Assembly: GCA_963733675.1 (NCBI GenBank)
Contig: CAVTET010000011.1
Span: 1 to 27,413 of the forward strand
DNA from: an uncultured Methanosarcinaceae archaeon
Lineage (GTDB): Archaea; Halobacteriota; Methanosarcinia; Methanosarcinales; Methanosarcinaceae
Direction of reading: 5' to 3'
DNA: 27,413 nt
Part shown: positions 17,395-27,413 of the stretch, one piece after another
Layout: each line of letters begins with the position of its first letter
Position numbering within the stretch: position 1 is the first letter of the stretch
Made by a program: the position numbers and the translations under genes
Notes under the pieces: model-generated
What the model saw: only the letters and a program-made list of their open reading frames with translations
Database searches by the model: none
Told to the model about the DNA's origin: nothing

Positions 17395-19107
17395 TTTTAT
17401 ACCCCCCGTAGAACTAAGTAATATCTGCCAATAATTTTGGTTGTATTCTTGAGTTTTGGTCAAATCTGAAAAGTGAATATATCTCTAATTTGTGGAAAAT
17501 TTAGAGAAAATCTTTTTAAGATTTTCAAAACTCCTGAAAATCGAACGCTACCAAAATTTTGATTAATTGTTTATTTTGTTCCGAGACGTTGGACAGGATT
17601 CCTCAAGTCTTATTAGCGATAATGCTATCAGATATGGATAAAATTGTGTTATCAGCAGAATTTTACTTTTCATTTTTCTTCCCCCATTAGATTAGTAAAC
17701 TCTGTCTTTCAAAGTTAATGTGTTATGGATAAAATCCTTCCCATTATCCCAGAGATCTCTTTCAATAGAGCTTTGTTCTCTCATCTCAAGGAATATTTTG
17801 ATGGACTTTGAGACCATGTTTAGGTAAGATTTAGCTGATTGGATTATCATAATTTTCGGATAGTTTTTGCCCAATCACAAATATCCTTGCTATAATGTCT
17901 GAAATTCAGGTGAATAACAAGATTATTAAGGGTTAAGAGAGGAGATTTTCTTCTCTGGAACTAACAATTTTAATTTTCATGTTTTTTCCCCACTGTAAAG
18001 TTTTTTACGTTTTTACCATAATAGAATTACATTATACTAAATATAAAAATTTATCTTAATGGACGAATATTATTTTAATAGTAATTGATTTTTTTATTTT
18101 TTACTATACCAATAAAACAGCTCCAAAAAGCAAAAAAAGAAAAAATATCCATTTTCGATAATTTCATTTTTCATTTTTACCTATATTTTATCGTTTTAAT
18201 TACTATATTTTTTCATAAATACTGATTTAATTATTATTTTTGAACTCTTTTAATTTGAGATTTCATGAAACCTTCCGATTCCTACAAATTAAGTAAAATT
18301 GTTTTAGAGATAAATTGCTGAAAATAGTGAGCAATTGGTCAGTCTTAAATTTATATGGTAAAGCAAAGGTTAGTTCAAATCAAAAAGTTTTTAAGAGGCA
18401 ATTAAAAAAAACCATGTAAAAAAAACCATGTAAATTACTCAGTGGTTCGAAAAATGAGATTGTGTCGTTGTGTACATCGGCAGAAAATCTGAAAGTATGT
18501 GAATTTGTTAGATTATTGAATAGGATAGTTCCAACAAGCTAAGACTGTAATACTGGGTCGAAAATATTTTTGGTAAAGATAAATCAAGAGGAAGGAGCTA
18601 GCTAATAGGTAATGGATAATTGAAGAATATCATGGGGTAATGAACAAGTGATGTGGTTTTTAAAAGTGTCAGGCAACGAAAAAAACGTCAAGGGGAGCAA
18701 ATGTAATATTCTCATTGATAGCTTTTCTAAAGCTGGAGTTACAAAGAATCAGAAACCAGATTTTTGGTTTGAAAGTAAAAATTCATAAAATAATAGCAAT
18801 TATTTATATAAAATAATTAAGATAAAAGTTAAATTTATTGTTATATTGGAACAGCTTGAGGGAACAAATTTTAAAAGTCTGCAACTATGTGAGCCTACTT
18901 ATTTGAAAGATGATTTCGAAATTGGCAAGATTTGGAACTACTTGTTATAACTTGAATTTTTATATAACAATGATATAGTTATATAGAAAGGAGAACGATA
19001 AAGAGTTAGGATCTTTGTTACCGACAAAAAGATATGCTTTAAATTGTTTTTAAAGCAATGGTTTTTCACAAAGATTGTTTTAAAGTTAACGTGGGGGAGG
19101 AGTCAGT

Positions 19108-19335
19108 ATTAAAAGAAGGAGCAGGACAGATATTGCAGTAGATATCTTAAGAGTAGCTATGAATGGAGCAAAGAAAACTCATATTGTATATGAGGTAAAT
19201 CTAAATTTTAACATCGCTCAGAAATATCTGGAAATGTTAAGAGAGAAAGAACTTATCAGGAACGAAAATGGGCTTTTCATCACTACTGATAAAGGAAAGG
19301 TTTTTCAGGAGATGGCTAAGGAACTCAAACTTTAA
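19108..19335 (+). CDS. Winged helix-turn-helix regulator (HTH_45/ArnR1-like), ATT start; missed by the ORF track
   Basis: (I/M)KRRSRTDIAVDILRVAMNGAKKTHIVYEVNLNFNIAQKYLEMLREKELIRNENGLFITTDKGKVFQEMAKELKL*. GGAGG at 19096-19100. Confidence 0.85.
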   Translation: MKRRSRTDIAVDILRVAMNGAKKTHIVYEVNLNFNIAQKYLEMLREKELIRNENGLFITTDKGKVFQEMAKELKL

Positions 19336-19454
19336 TAGGACTTAGTAGGTCTGAATGAGAAATCTATAGCATTAAGCCTTCAATTGTCAAAAGCACAAAA
19401 ATATTCATAAAGATTGTAGCTTTTGATTTTCTGCTTAAGTGCATGAAGCCTATT
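19334..19454. mobile_element. Degenerate MITE-like element (AATAGGACTTA...AGCCTATT ends)
   Basis: Same length (121 bp) and similar ends to 8045-8165. Confidence 0.45.
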
Positions 19455-19723
19455 TAAATTCTATCATTTTATTTATTTTCAACATTTAGTATAATTCTTC
19501 TAATATTCCTTTTCTGGCTTACTGGTTTCATTATGCACTTTTAGTTAACTTTCTCATTTTTTCTTTAATTTGCTGCATTGTAGCATCCATTCCTCAGATG
19601 TACACGTGTTTATGATTTGTTTCTTATCTAGCTCATTATTAATTGAAAGTTGGATCAATTTTTAATCTATTGTCATGTTGACAAAATAGATTGCACTCTT
19701 TAATAGAGTGTTCTCTGACTAGA

Positions 19724-20098
19724 ATGGTTACAGGAGAGCCTGAGGCTCTGGAAGTCCCTAGGAAATTGACAGAACAAGAACAATTTGAGTTTCTGGTTCA
19801 GGAACTGAACAAGTGCTTTAAAAATTATAACATTCTATAAACAGATGGGCGAGCGGAGTTTTCGCTCAAACTTGAAGTACCTCTTGACTGGTTCTGCGAA
19901 CGTTTGTAGTTGTTGGATAAACTTTCTAACAATTTAGAACAAATCTTACAGCGCTGATAAGCATACAAACAAAAATTAAACGATCAACAAACAGCACAAA
20001 CTGTTTGGAATAATCTTTGTATGCTTTATGACAGGATAAAGACTTACTCCAAGACAGTCCATAATACTTTGAGTACATACAAAAACTTAAGCAATTAA
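19724..20098 (+). pseudogene. Decayed hypothetical helical protein
   Basis: A single frame of 125 codons with four internal stops: MVTGEPEALEVPRKLTEQEQFEFLVQELNKCFKNYNIL*TDGRAEFSLKLEVPLDWFCERL*LLDKLSNNLEQILQR**AYKQKL... Confidence 0.4.
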
Positions 20099-20519
20099 AT
20101 TTTTGGTTGCAAAACAATGAATCTATAAGCGCTTTGGTAATGGAGATCGCAGATACTTCTGGATGAACGAACGTACAAAGGGTTTTTGTGTAGGTTCAAC
20201 TATTTTGGACTTACCTTTGAGTTTACCTCAGGGTTGATGTAAGAACGATAATTTAACATGATTTAGTCTTCTTCCTGGAGACAAATTCTATTTGGTAGGA
20301 TAGATACTTGCTTGAAGAATTATTGTTAAAAAGGCCATGAATTTGACTTTTTTCGAATTCATTCTAGAGCCTTCTCAATGTTCCAAGATTCAATCATATT
20401 ACCTTTGACCCTAAAGGTTAGCCTTGAACTCGCCCGGAGGTTGATCGGATAATGAAGCATTTTGTTGGATTTCTAGCCTCATGCATTTCAAGAGCTCTTT
20501 GAAGTCTAGTAGATACTCA

Positions 20520-20672
20520 TCATAAGTTTTCTTCATCTGCTAGCATAGGTTTTGTGAAAATGTGTCCGCAATTAAGGCATAGGTAAAACTTTCTTTTCTT
20601 AGAAATCGAAGTCATCGAACACTTTGGGTAACATTTCAGAATTCTTAGTGATGCTTTGGAATTGCTTTTCAT
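20520..20672 (-). CDS. Small zinc-ribbon-like protein (50 aa), possibly truncated
   Basis: RBS GAGGTG. MKSNSKASLRILKCYPKCSMTSISKKRKFYLCLNCGHIFTKPMLADEENL* has two Cys pairs. Confidence 0.55.
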   Translation of the reverse strand: MKSNSKASLRILKCYPKCSMTSISKKRKFYLCLNCGHIFTKPMLADEENL

Positions 20673-21027
20673 TATATAGCACCTCTAACAGTTACTTCAA
20701 AGTCTGCTAGTATTAAAGTAATGGCTCTAAAGGTTCTGGTTCTAGGAAGTATTCGAACAGAATTACATTGAATCTGCTGAGTCTTTTTCAATGACCTCTT
20801 CTTCATTTCAATGTTTACACATAATTCAAGTCCAAATTATGTTGTAATGGTTTGTTCTTAGTGTTTTTAGCCTTTTATGTTACTTCTGTATCAATCGATG
20901 GGATACCTAAAGGTGTAAAGGTAAATGATTTTTTACTGGCTTTGCAAGCCCAGAATATTCTGCCGGTGCAGTGTTTGATGCAGGATGATTCACCAAGGAT
21001 GCAACATCGTTGTTTTTAAGCTGGTCA

Positions 21028-21602
21028 TCATATTATTCCAAACTTTATAAATAGTTAGAAAATATCCTGCAGTTCGTATTCAGTAAAAGATAGTGATTGA
21101 TATGCCTTAAAGATGTCACAAGGTCATGTACTTGGCGAGAATATATGTCTATCTCAGATATTCCGTTTTTGGGCATCAAGCATTCTATAGTTTTTCGCGG
21201 TGTTTTTGGAATCACCTTTTGACTTATACCCTCTTTCTCAGACCAACGAGCCAAATCCCTGCCGCAAGAGGAGCGTTCTGGAGGTTTTTGCCTTCAATGA
21301 ATGGTCTGAACATCTAAGAAAATACAGAGGGCAATTTGTCAATTGGTCGCTTTACCGGTTTTGGTTAACCTTCCGGTGTACCTCATTTAGAAGTATAATT
21401 TGATTCCTGTTTGGGTTGTACCATTGCCGATTATCGTATAATTGCTGTAATTCAACATATCGTAATCTGGTAATAGTAGTTATTTCAAAAACATGTTTAA
21501 GAGCTTCTGGTATAGCTTACATAAATTTATAACATTCTTCCACTGTAAGAACTGGATGCCGCCAGAAGTTATAAGCCAGTTTGTAAATAGTCCAGTTTTC
21601 AT
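21028..21602 (-). pseudogene. Minimal tyrosine recombinase/integrase, degraded
   Basis: Fragments VLTVEECYKF, ITRLRYVELQQL (TGxRxxE box I), KTPRKTIE (H/KxxR), RQVHDLVTSLRH (GH...TxxY box II), with stops and frameshifts. Confidence 0.8.
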
Positions 21603-22353
21603 GAAAATTCGTTTAATGTGCTATTATAAAAATCACTTTATTATTTTAGTTATTGAGTCCTGAAATCAGATGTCTTATGGTTTTTTAGATTAAATCCGGG
21701 AAAAATATCTGTCAGCCAATTCCATAATCGGTTATTTTAATATATGCTTTTAAAGTGGTAAAGGCGGTTTTTTGATTTTGATTCAATAGGTACTGAGTGT
21801 GATCTGTACGTCTTTTCGTTGACGCTTAATCAAAATATTTTCCTTTATGAGTGATGCAGGTTATAAGAACGTCAAAGCAAGAAATATCTTTAAAGAATAC
21901 TATGAAATTCAGAAAAAGCTTTTTGATGGTTAACTGTGGAGTGATGAAGGTACACTGGAACTTGGGCGATGTTACAATTTCCGATGTTATTAAAAAATAA
22001 TGTTGAGAATCATGGAAACCTGAAAGAAAAAGATTATTATATAAGCAAATAGAAATGTTTGATTTTGAATGATTCCTCTATATCCAGAGCGTAAACACGA
22101 AAATATCCAGTTGCTTGCAGCGGGTTAAGACACAGAGATTTTATTTTGCCCACCACATTATTAATTTTTATAGACTTCATGTATATCAATCTTTGTCTAA
22201 CCTGACTATATTTTGGAATTTAATTTTTTTCTGAATTTTATTTCCAAGCTTTTTCTGATATCTATTCTTTATTCCTAGAAATGACTTATATATATACTTT
22301 CAAACTATGTTAACCAATTAGATTAAATATCATAATTAATATGGGTAATACAT

Positions 22354-22890
22354 ATGCAGCTTCCAACACCCAAAGATCTTACTAAAAGAGGAAGTGAAAT
22401 CGGGTTTACCCTAAGGGATCTGGCTAAAAGGGCAGGATTAATTCAACCCATTATTGCTCGTATAGAGTCTAAAGATGTGGATCCTAGGCTTTTTGCTGTC
22501 AGGAAAATACTTGACGTTTTTGAGAAAGCTGAAAAGGTACTGCTGACTCTCATCAGAAATCTCATGCATTTCCCTGTCATTCACATTTCTCCAGCTGATT
22601 CTGTAGAAGAAGCAGTAAATTTGATGGCATATTAATAATTTTCTATGAGTTCATGTGCTTGAAAGGGGAGTTCCTGTTGGAAATATTTATGAGGATAGGG
22701 TAATAAGATTGATTGGAGAAAGTAAGAAAAAGTCAATTTTTCAGTTGCAATGTAAGGGGTAATGAAAGAGTTCTTGCCCAAAGTATCTACTTATCTTTCT
22801 CTCAGTAGTTTTGCGTATCAATTCTGCTGTGCTGGTTATAAAAAAAGGAAAAGTAGTTGGAAAAAGAGATTTAATGAAGCTTATTAAGGA
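22354..22890 (+). pseudogene. XRE-HTH plus CBS-pair transcriptional regulator, degraded
   Basis: MQLPTP.DL..R..IGFT..DLAKRAG..QP.IARIE..DVDPRL, then CBS LMHFPVIHISPADSVEEAVNLM, stop at 22635. Downstream fragments VLERGVPVGNIYED, AVLVIKKGKVVG and DLMKLIK continue. Confidence 0.85.
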
Positions 22891-23221
22891 CCAATATGCG
22901 GTATTCTTTCCTAAAGTAGTGGTAGATTGAGACTGGAAGCTAAAAATATATCAAATTGATACCATAGTTAAATTTAAACCTAAATCCTGAATTTGATTCA
23001 GTATCAGAAATGTCCAAAGTAACTAAAATATTTTTATTGCCTGTTGAATAGTTTTAAGGCATCAGATGCTCTGGAACTTTTCATAATATATAGCCACAAG
23101 GATTTAAATCTTAGCTGTTTCATAGGTTTGAGATTTTAAGTGACAGAATTCGAATAAATTTATTAAACAATTAAATAAACAAAAATCAATTAAATATTAA
23201 AAAATGTGGAGCATAATAAAT

Positions 23222-24373
23222 ATGGATCTGGAAGATAATCTACTCATGATGCCTGGTCCCGTACCTGTAGCACCCAGAGTCCTTAGAGCAATGTCGAAAC
23301 CGATGATCAATCATCGGAGTACGGAGTTTGCAGGTATCTATACTGATTGCAGGACAATACTTTCCAGCATTTTTCAAACAAATAATGACATTTTTGTACT
23401 TAGCGGTTCTGGAACTGCGGGTATGGAAGCTGCTGTTGGGTCTGTGACTCAGAGTGGCGATAAGGTTATAGCTATCGAAAATGGAAAGTTTGGAGAACGT
23501 TTCAAAGATCTTGCAGCTCTCTATGCGGAAGTTGTACCTCTAGTTTTTGAATGGGGTCATCCTGTTGACATTGAAATGGTCAAAGAAAAACTTGATAACG
23601 GGGCAAAAGCTGTTACTCTCGTTCACAATGAAACTTCCACAGGCATTCTTAACCCAGCTGCAGAAATTGGCAAACTTACCAAAAAACATGAAGCAATTTT
23701 TATTATGGACGGTGTGACATCCCTTGGAGGGGATGATGTCAAAGTAGATGAATGGGGAGTAGACATTGCTGTCGTAGGTTCACAGAAATGTCTTGCAGCA
23801 CCTCCTGGACTTGCAGCAGTTTCCGTGAGTGAAAAAGCTTTTGAAGCTATGAGAGGGATAGCAAAGAGGCCATATTATAATGACCTTCTAGCATATAAAA
23901 GGAGTGCAAACAAACCCAAGCCAGAAACACCATATACACCAGCAATTCCTCTCTTCTATGCACTTCAGGAAGCCCTACATATCGTAAAAGAGGAGGGAAT
24001 TGAGTCAAGGATTATAAGGCATAGGACTCTTACTGAAGCCATAAGGGCTGCAGTTGCTGAGATGAACATCGAGATGTTCCCACAGCTTAATGAATACAGC
24101 CTTTACTCCAACACTATCTCTGCCATGAAGGCGCCAGTGGGAAGTGATGGGGAGGATATAAAGAACGATATGAAAAAGCGTGGGATAATAATCGCTGGTG
24201 GACAGGAACGTCTGAAGGGCAAAATTTTCAGGATCGGATGCATGGGAATTGTCACAGCAAGAGATGTGCTCTCAACAATCCAGCAGTTGGAAATTGTGCT
24301 GAATAAACGAGGCTACATTGACAGCTTGGGGGCAGGGACAGAGGCTGCAATACAGGTTATTGACAGGTCATGA
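23222..24373 (+). CDS. Class V PLP aminotransferase (alanine-glyoxylate/serine-pyruvate family)
   Basis: LMMPGPVP, SGSGTAGMEAA, VHNETSTG, DGVTS, GSQKCLAAPPG (PLP Lys). ATG 23222 is preferred over 23204. Confidence 0.95.
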   Translation: MDLEDNLLMMPGPVPVAPRVLRAMSKPMINHRSTEFAGIYTDCRTILSSIFQTNNDIFVLSGSGTAGMEAAVGSVTQSGDKVIAIENGKFGERFKDLAALYAEVVPLVFEWGHPVDIEMVKEKLDNGAKAVTLVHNETSTGILNPAAEIGKLTKKHEAIFIMDGVTSLGGDDVKVDEWGVDIAVVGSQKCLAAPPGLAAVSVSEKAFEAMRGIAKRPYYNDLLAYKRSANKPKPETPYTPAIPLFYALQEALHIVKEEGIESRIIRHRTLTEAIRAAVAEMNIEMFPQLNEYSLYSNTISAMKAPVGSDGEDIKNDMKKRGIIIAGGQERLKGKIFRIGCMGIVTARDVLSTIQQLEIVLNKRGYIDSLGAGTEAAIQVIDRS

Positions 24374-24436
24374 ATTAAAAAATTGCAGAAGCATCAAACT
24401 TTTTCAGGAAAACCCAGAAAAAAGTTGTAATCTTAA

Positions 24437-24919
<483 letters not shown>

Positions 24920-24958
24920 AGTAATTTAAGTAAAATCGAAGACTGGAGATCTTATTAA

Positions 24959-25363
24959 ATGACCATCACCTTGGGATTTGTTGTAGCTGAATTTAACAGG
25001 GATCTAACCTATCAGATGGAACTGCTGGGAAGAGAACATGCAGAATTTCTGGGGACAACAGTTAAAGAGACTATTCTCGTTCCAGGGGTTTTTGATATGC
25101 CTCTTGCAATCAAGAAACTTTGCCAGAGGGATGATATCGATGCCGTGGTTACCATAGGATCGGTAATCGAGGGTGAGACTGATCATGACCAGGTGGTTAT
25201 GCAGCATGCTGCAAGGAAGATCATGGATCTCTCCCTTGAGTTCAATAAGCCTGTTACTCTCGGGATTCCTGGCCCAGGCATGACTCGGATGGCGGCTCAT
25301 GAACGTGTGGACTATGCAAAAAGAGCAGTTGAAGCTGCAGTAAAGCTGGTGCAACGGCTGTGA
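24959..25363 (+). CDS. ribH: 6,7-dimethyl-8-ribityllumazine synthase
   Basis: [33 protein letters not shown]. Confidence 0.95.
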   Translation: MTITLGFVVAEFNRDLTYQMELLGREHAEFLGTTVKETILVPGVFDMPLAIKKLCQRDDIDAVVTIGSVIEGETDHDQVVMQHAARKIMDLSLEFNKPVTLGIPGPGMTRMAAHERVDYAKRAVEAAVKLVQRL

Positions 25364-25418
25364 AATTCGAGAACATCTTTCATAAACGAGCAAAATGTAA
25401 CAAATCAGGACCATCCCT

Positions 25419-26558
25419 ATGACATCCGAAAGGCTCAAGCGTGTAGAAGAATCCGCAACAATCAGGATTTCCAACATTGCTACCAGAATGATTAAAGAGG
25501 GAATAGACGTTATCAATTTCAGCCTTGGTGAGCCTGATTTCAGTACCCCTAAGAATATCTGCGATGCTGCCGTAAAAGCTATGTATGAGGGCAAAACTCA
25601 CTATGCACCTTCTGGAGGCATTCCTGAGTTAAGAACAGCTATTGCCGAAAAATTGAAACTAGAAAACAAAATCGATGTGGTAGAAGCGAGCGTTCTTGTG
25701 ACTCCCGGGGCTAAACAGGGGATTTTTGAGATAATGTTGGGAGTCCTTGATGATCGAGACCAGGCTCTTCTTTTTGATCCAGCCTGGGTGACTTATGATG
25801 CATGTATCCGTTTTGCAGGAGCAGAATCTGTATGGATTCCAACAGTCCCTGAAAAAGGTTTTCTTCCGGACAACTTTGTGGATTACATAAATGATAAAAC
25901 CAAATTGATTGTAGTAAACAGTCCGGGAAACCCAACAGGGGGAGTATTTGGGAAAAAGATTTTACAGTGTATTGCTGATCTTGCAATTGACCATGATCTT
26001 TTAGTAGTTTCGGATGAAATCTATGAGAAAATCATCTATGACAAGGAGCATATCAGCATTGGCAGTTTCGACGGGATGCAGGAAAGAACCATAACAGTAA
26101 ATGGTTTTTCCAAAGCCTATGCAATGACAGGCTGGAGACTTGGATACCTGACCGCGCCTCCAGAGATTTTCAAGCTTCTGCTGAAGATCCAGTCCCATTC
26201 TGTAAGTAGCGCGACCACATTTGTTCAATACGGAGGGCTTGAAGCTCTTCAGGGACCACAGGATGGAGTTAAAGCAATGGTTGATCGATTTAAAGTGCGA
26301 CGTGATGTCCTTATTGAAGGTCTGAGCAAAATAGGTTTTGAATGCAAAAAACCAGATGGAGCCTTTTATGCCTTTGCTGATGTAAGCGATTATGGAAATG
26401 GGACAACAGTCGCAGAAAGGCTCTTGAAAGAAGCTCATGTGGCAGTTACCCCAGGAATTGCTTTTGGTGCTTCAGGTAAGGATTTTATTAGAGTTTCCTA
26501 TGCAACATCTATTGATAGGATCAGGGAAGCTCTTGAAAGGCTCGAAAAAATATTTTGA
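25419..26558 (+). CDS. Class I/II PLP aminotransferase (aspartate aminotransferase-like)
   Basis: GEPDF, NSPGNPTG, SDEIY, GFSKAYAMTGWRLG. Confidence 0.95.
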   Translation: MTSERLKRVEESATIRISNIATRMIKEGIDVINFSLGEPDFSTPKNICDAAVKAMYEGKTHYAPSGGIPELRTAIAEKLKLENKIDVVEASVLVTPGAKQGIFEIMLGVLDDRDQALLFDPAWVTYDACIRFAGAESVWIPTVPEKGFLPDNFVDYINDKTKLIVVNSPGNPTGGVFGKKILQCIADLAIDHDLLVVSDEIYEKIIYDKEHISIGSFDGMQERTITVNGFSKAYAMTGWRLGYLTAPPEIFKLLLKIQSHSVSSATTFVQYGGLEALQGPQDGVKAMVDRFKVRRDVLIEGLSKIGFECKKPDGAFYAFADVSDYGNGTTVAERLLKEAHVAVTPGIAFGASGKDFIRVSYATSIDRIREALERLEKIF

Positions 26559-26642
26559 TAAAAAACATGTAGTAAAGATCTTTTTAGATAGAAATCTGTA
26601 AAGTTGTTTGTGCTTGAATATGCAAACAGTAGAAGGATATGT

Positions 26643-27062
26643 TCATCCATACCTTTTAAGGATTTCTTTTATGATGGCACCAGTACTGCATAGTGTGCAT
26701 TCCTTTGAAAACGGAATTCTAACAACTTTTGAAGAAATGCCCCTTTTGGTAATTTCCGTTTCCAGATTAATTGTTTCAAAGTGCTGGTCGTAACCTAAAG
26801 TAATAATATCCGGCCTGATCTTCTTAAGAGGCTCGAAAATATCCTTTTCGCTGCCAAGAAGGGCTTTGTTGACCATTCCCAGGGCATTTATCATTTCCAG
26901 TCTCTGCGCCTCGGGTACAATGGGTTTTTGCTTGTGAGTTACGTTTGAGTCTCTGGCAACAATGACGAAAAGTTCGTCTCCCATAGCCTTTGCTTGGTTC
27001 AGGAAATAGACATGCCCTGGGTGGAGAAGGTCAAAAGTTCCGGTAGCAAGTACACGTGTCAA
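26643..27062 (-). CDS. ribL: Archaeal FAD synthetase (cytidylyltransferase fold)
   Basis: ATGTFDLLHPGH (HxGH), VIVARD, PDIITLGYDQ, C-terminal Cys residues; adjacent to ribC/ribH. Confidence 0.9.
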   Translation of the reverse strand: MTRVLATGTFDLLHPGHVYFLNQAKAMGDELFVIVARDSNVTHKQKPIVPEAQRLEMINALGMVNKALLGSEKDIFEPLKKIRPDIITLGYDQHFETINLETEITKRGISSKVVRIPFSKECTLCSTGAIIKEILKRYG

Positions 27063-27413
27063 AAGATCACCTGGTCTCGGGTAATACCCTGCATGAATAA
27101 GAAACTTACTGAAAAAAACTCACATCCAGACTTATTGGAATTTTATGTAGTTCAAGATTATACATTGTAAACTGTTATTTATTTATTATCGGAATAATGT
27201 TGTATGGAGAGTATTCAATTACCGTAAGTAGTATATATGGAACACAAAAATAACTATTGTTATTAAGCTAAGGATGTTAATTTGTCATTCTGAAGCTAGA
27301 TAATAAACTGATACAGTCTTCTCCCATTTATATAAATTATTACCTTAGTTATTATCGATGTAATATATATACCTGCTAAATGCTGCTACTACCCACATTT
27401 ATAATAAGAGGAA

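Noticed and set aside
17563-17960. Possible glycosyltransferase fragments (MKSKILLITQFYP...) upstream of the surface gene
   Set aside because: Resembles a GT4 N-terminus, but is too short and degraded to support.
18404-18434. Short tandem duplications (AAAAAAAACCATGT x2; also TAACTCCAT x2 near 14982)
   Set aside because: Most likely replication slippage or transposon footprints, with no evidence of function.

Overview
AT-rich window from a Methanosarcina-like methanogen, judged from Cam carbonic anhydrase, the dph5-DUF357-DUF555-pfkB-dph6 block, archaeal ribC/ribH/ribL and a Methanosarcina-type beta-helix surface protein. Two intact housekeeping blocks (9.4-13.1 kb and 23.2-27.1 kb) alternate with accessory DNA that is heavily decayed. 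The accessory DNA holds: (i) the right end of an integrated element with a family-A DNA polymerase C-terminus, a wHTH gene and a terminase-small-subunit-like gene, abutting a truncated rubrerythrin; (ii) a frameshifted secreted His-rich peptide gene ending in a Cys-closed WVW...WVW motif; (iii) an antitoxin/Doc pair; (iv) a bacterial-type three-gene operon (S53 prodomain, lectin-like repeat fused to a papain-like Cys protease, and a partner ending in GG), each gene broken by one small indel; (v) an IS6 whose transposase 5' end is replaced by a nested MITE; (vi) several MITE-like families, including five ~89-bp elements; (vii) an intact wHTH gene whose best start is ATT; and (viii) a decayed tyrosine-integrase element with small Cys-rich ORFs. 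All family assignments come from motif recognition by eye; no searches were run.
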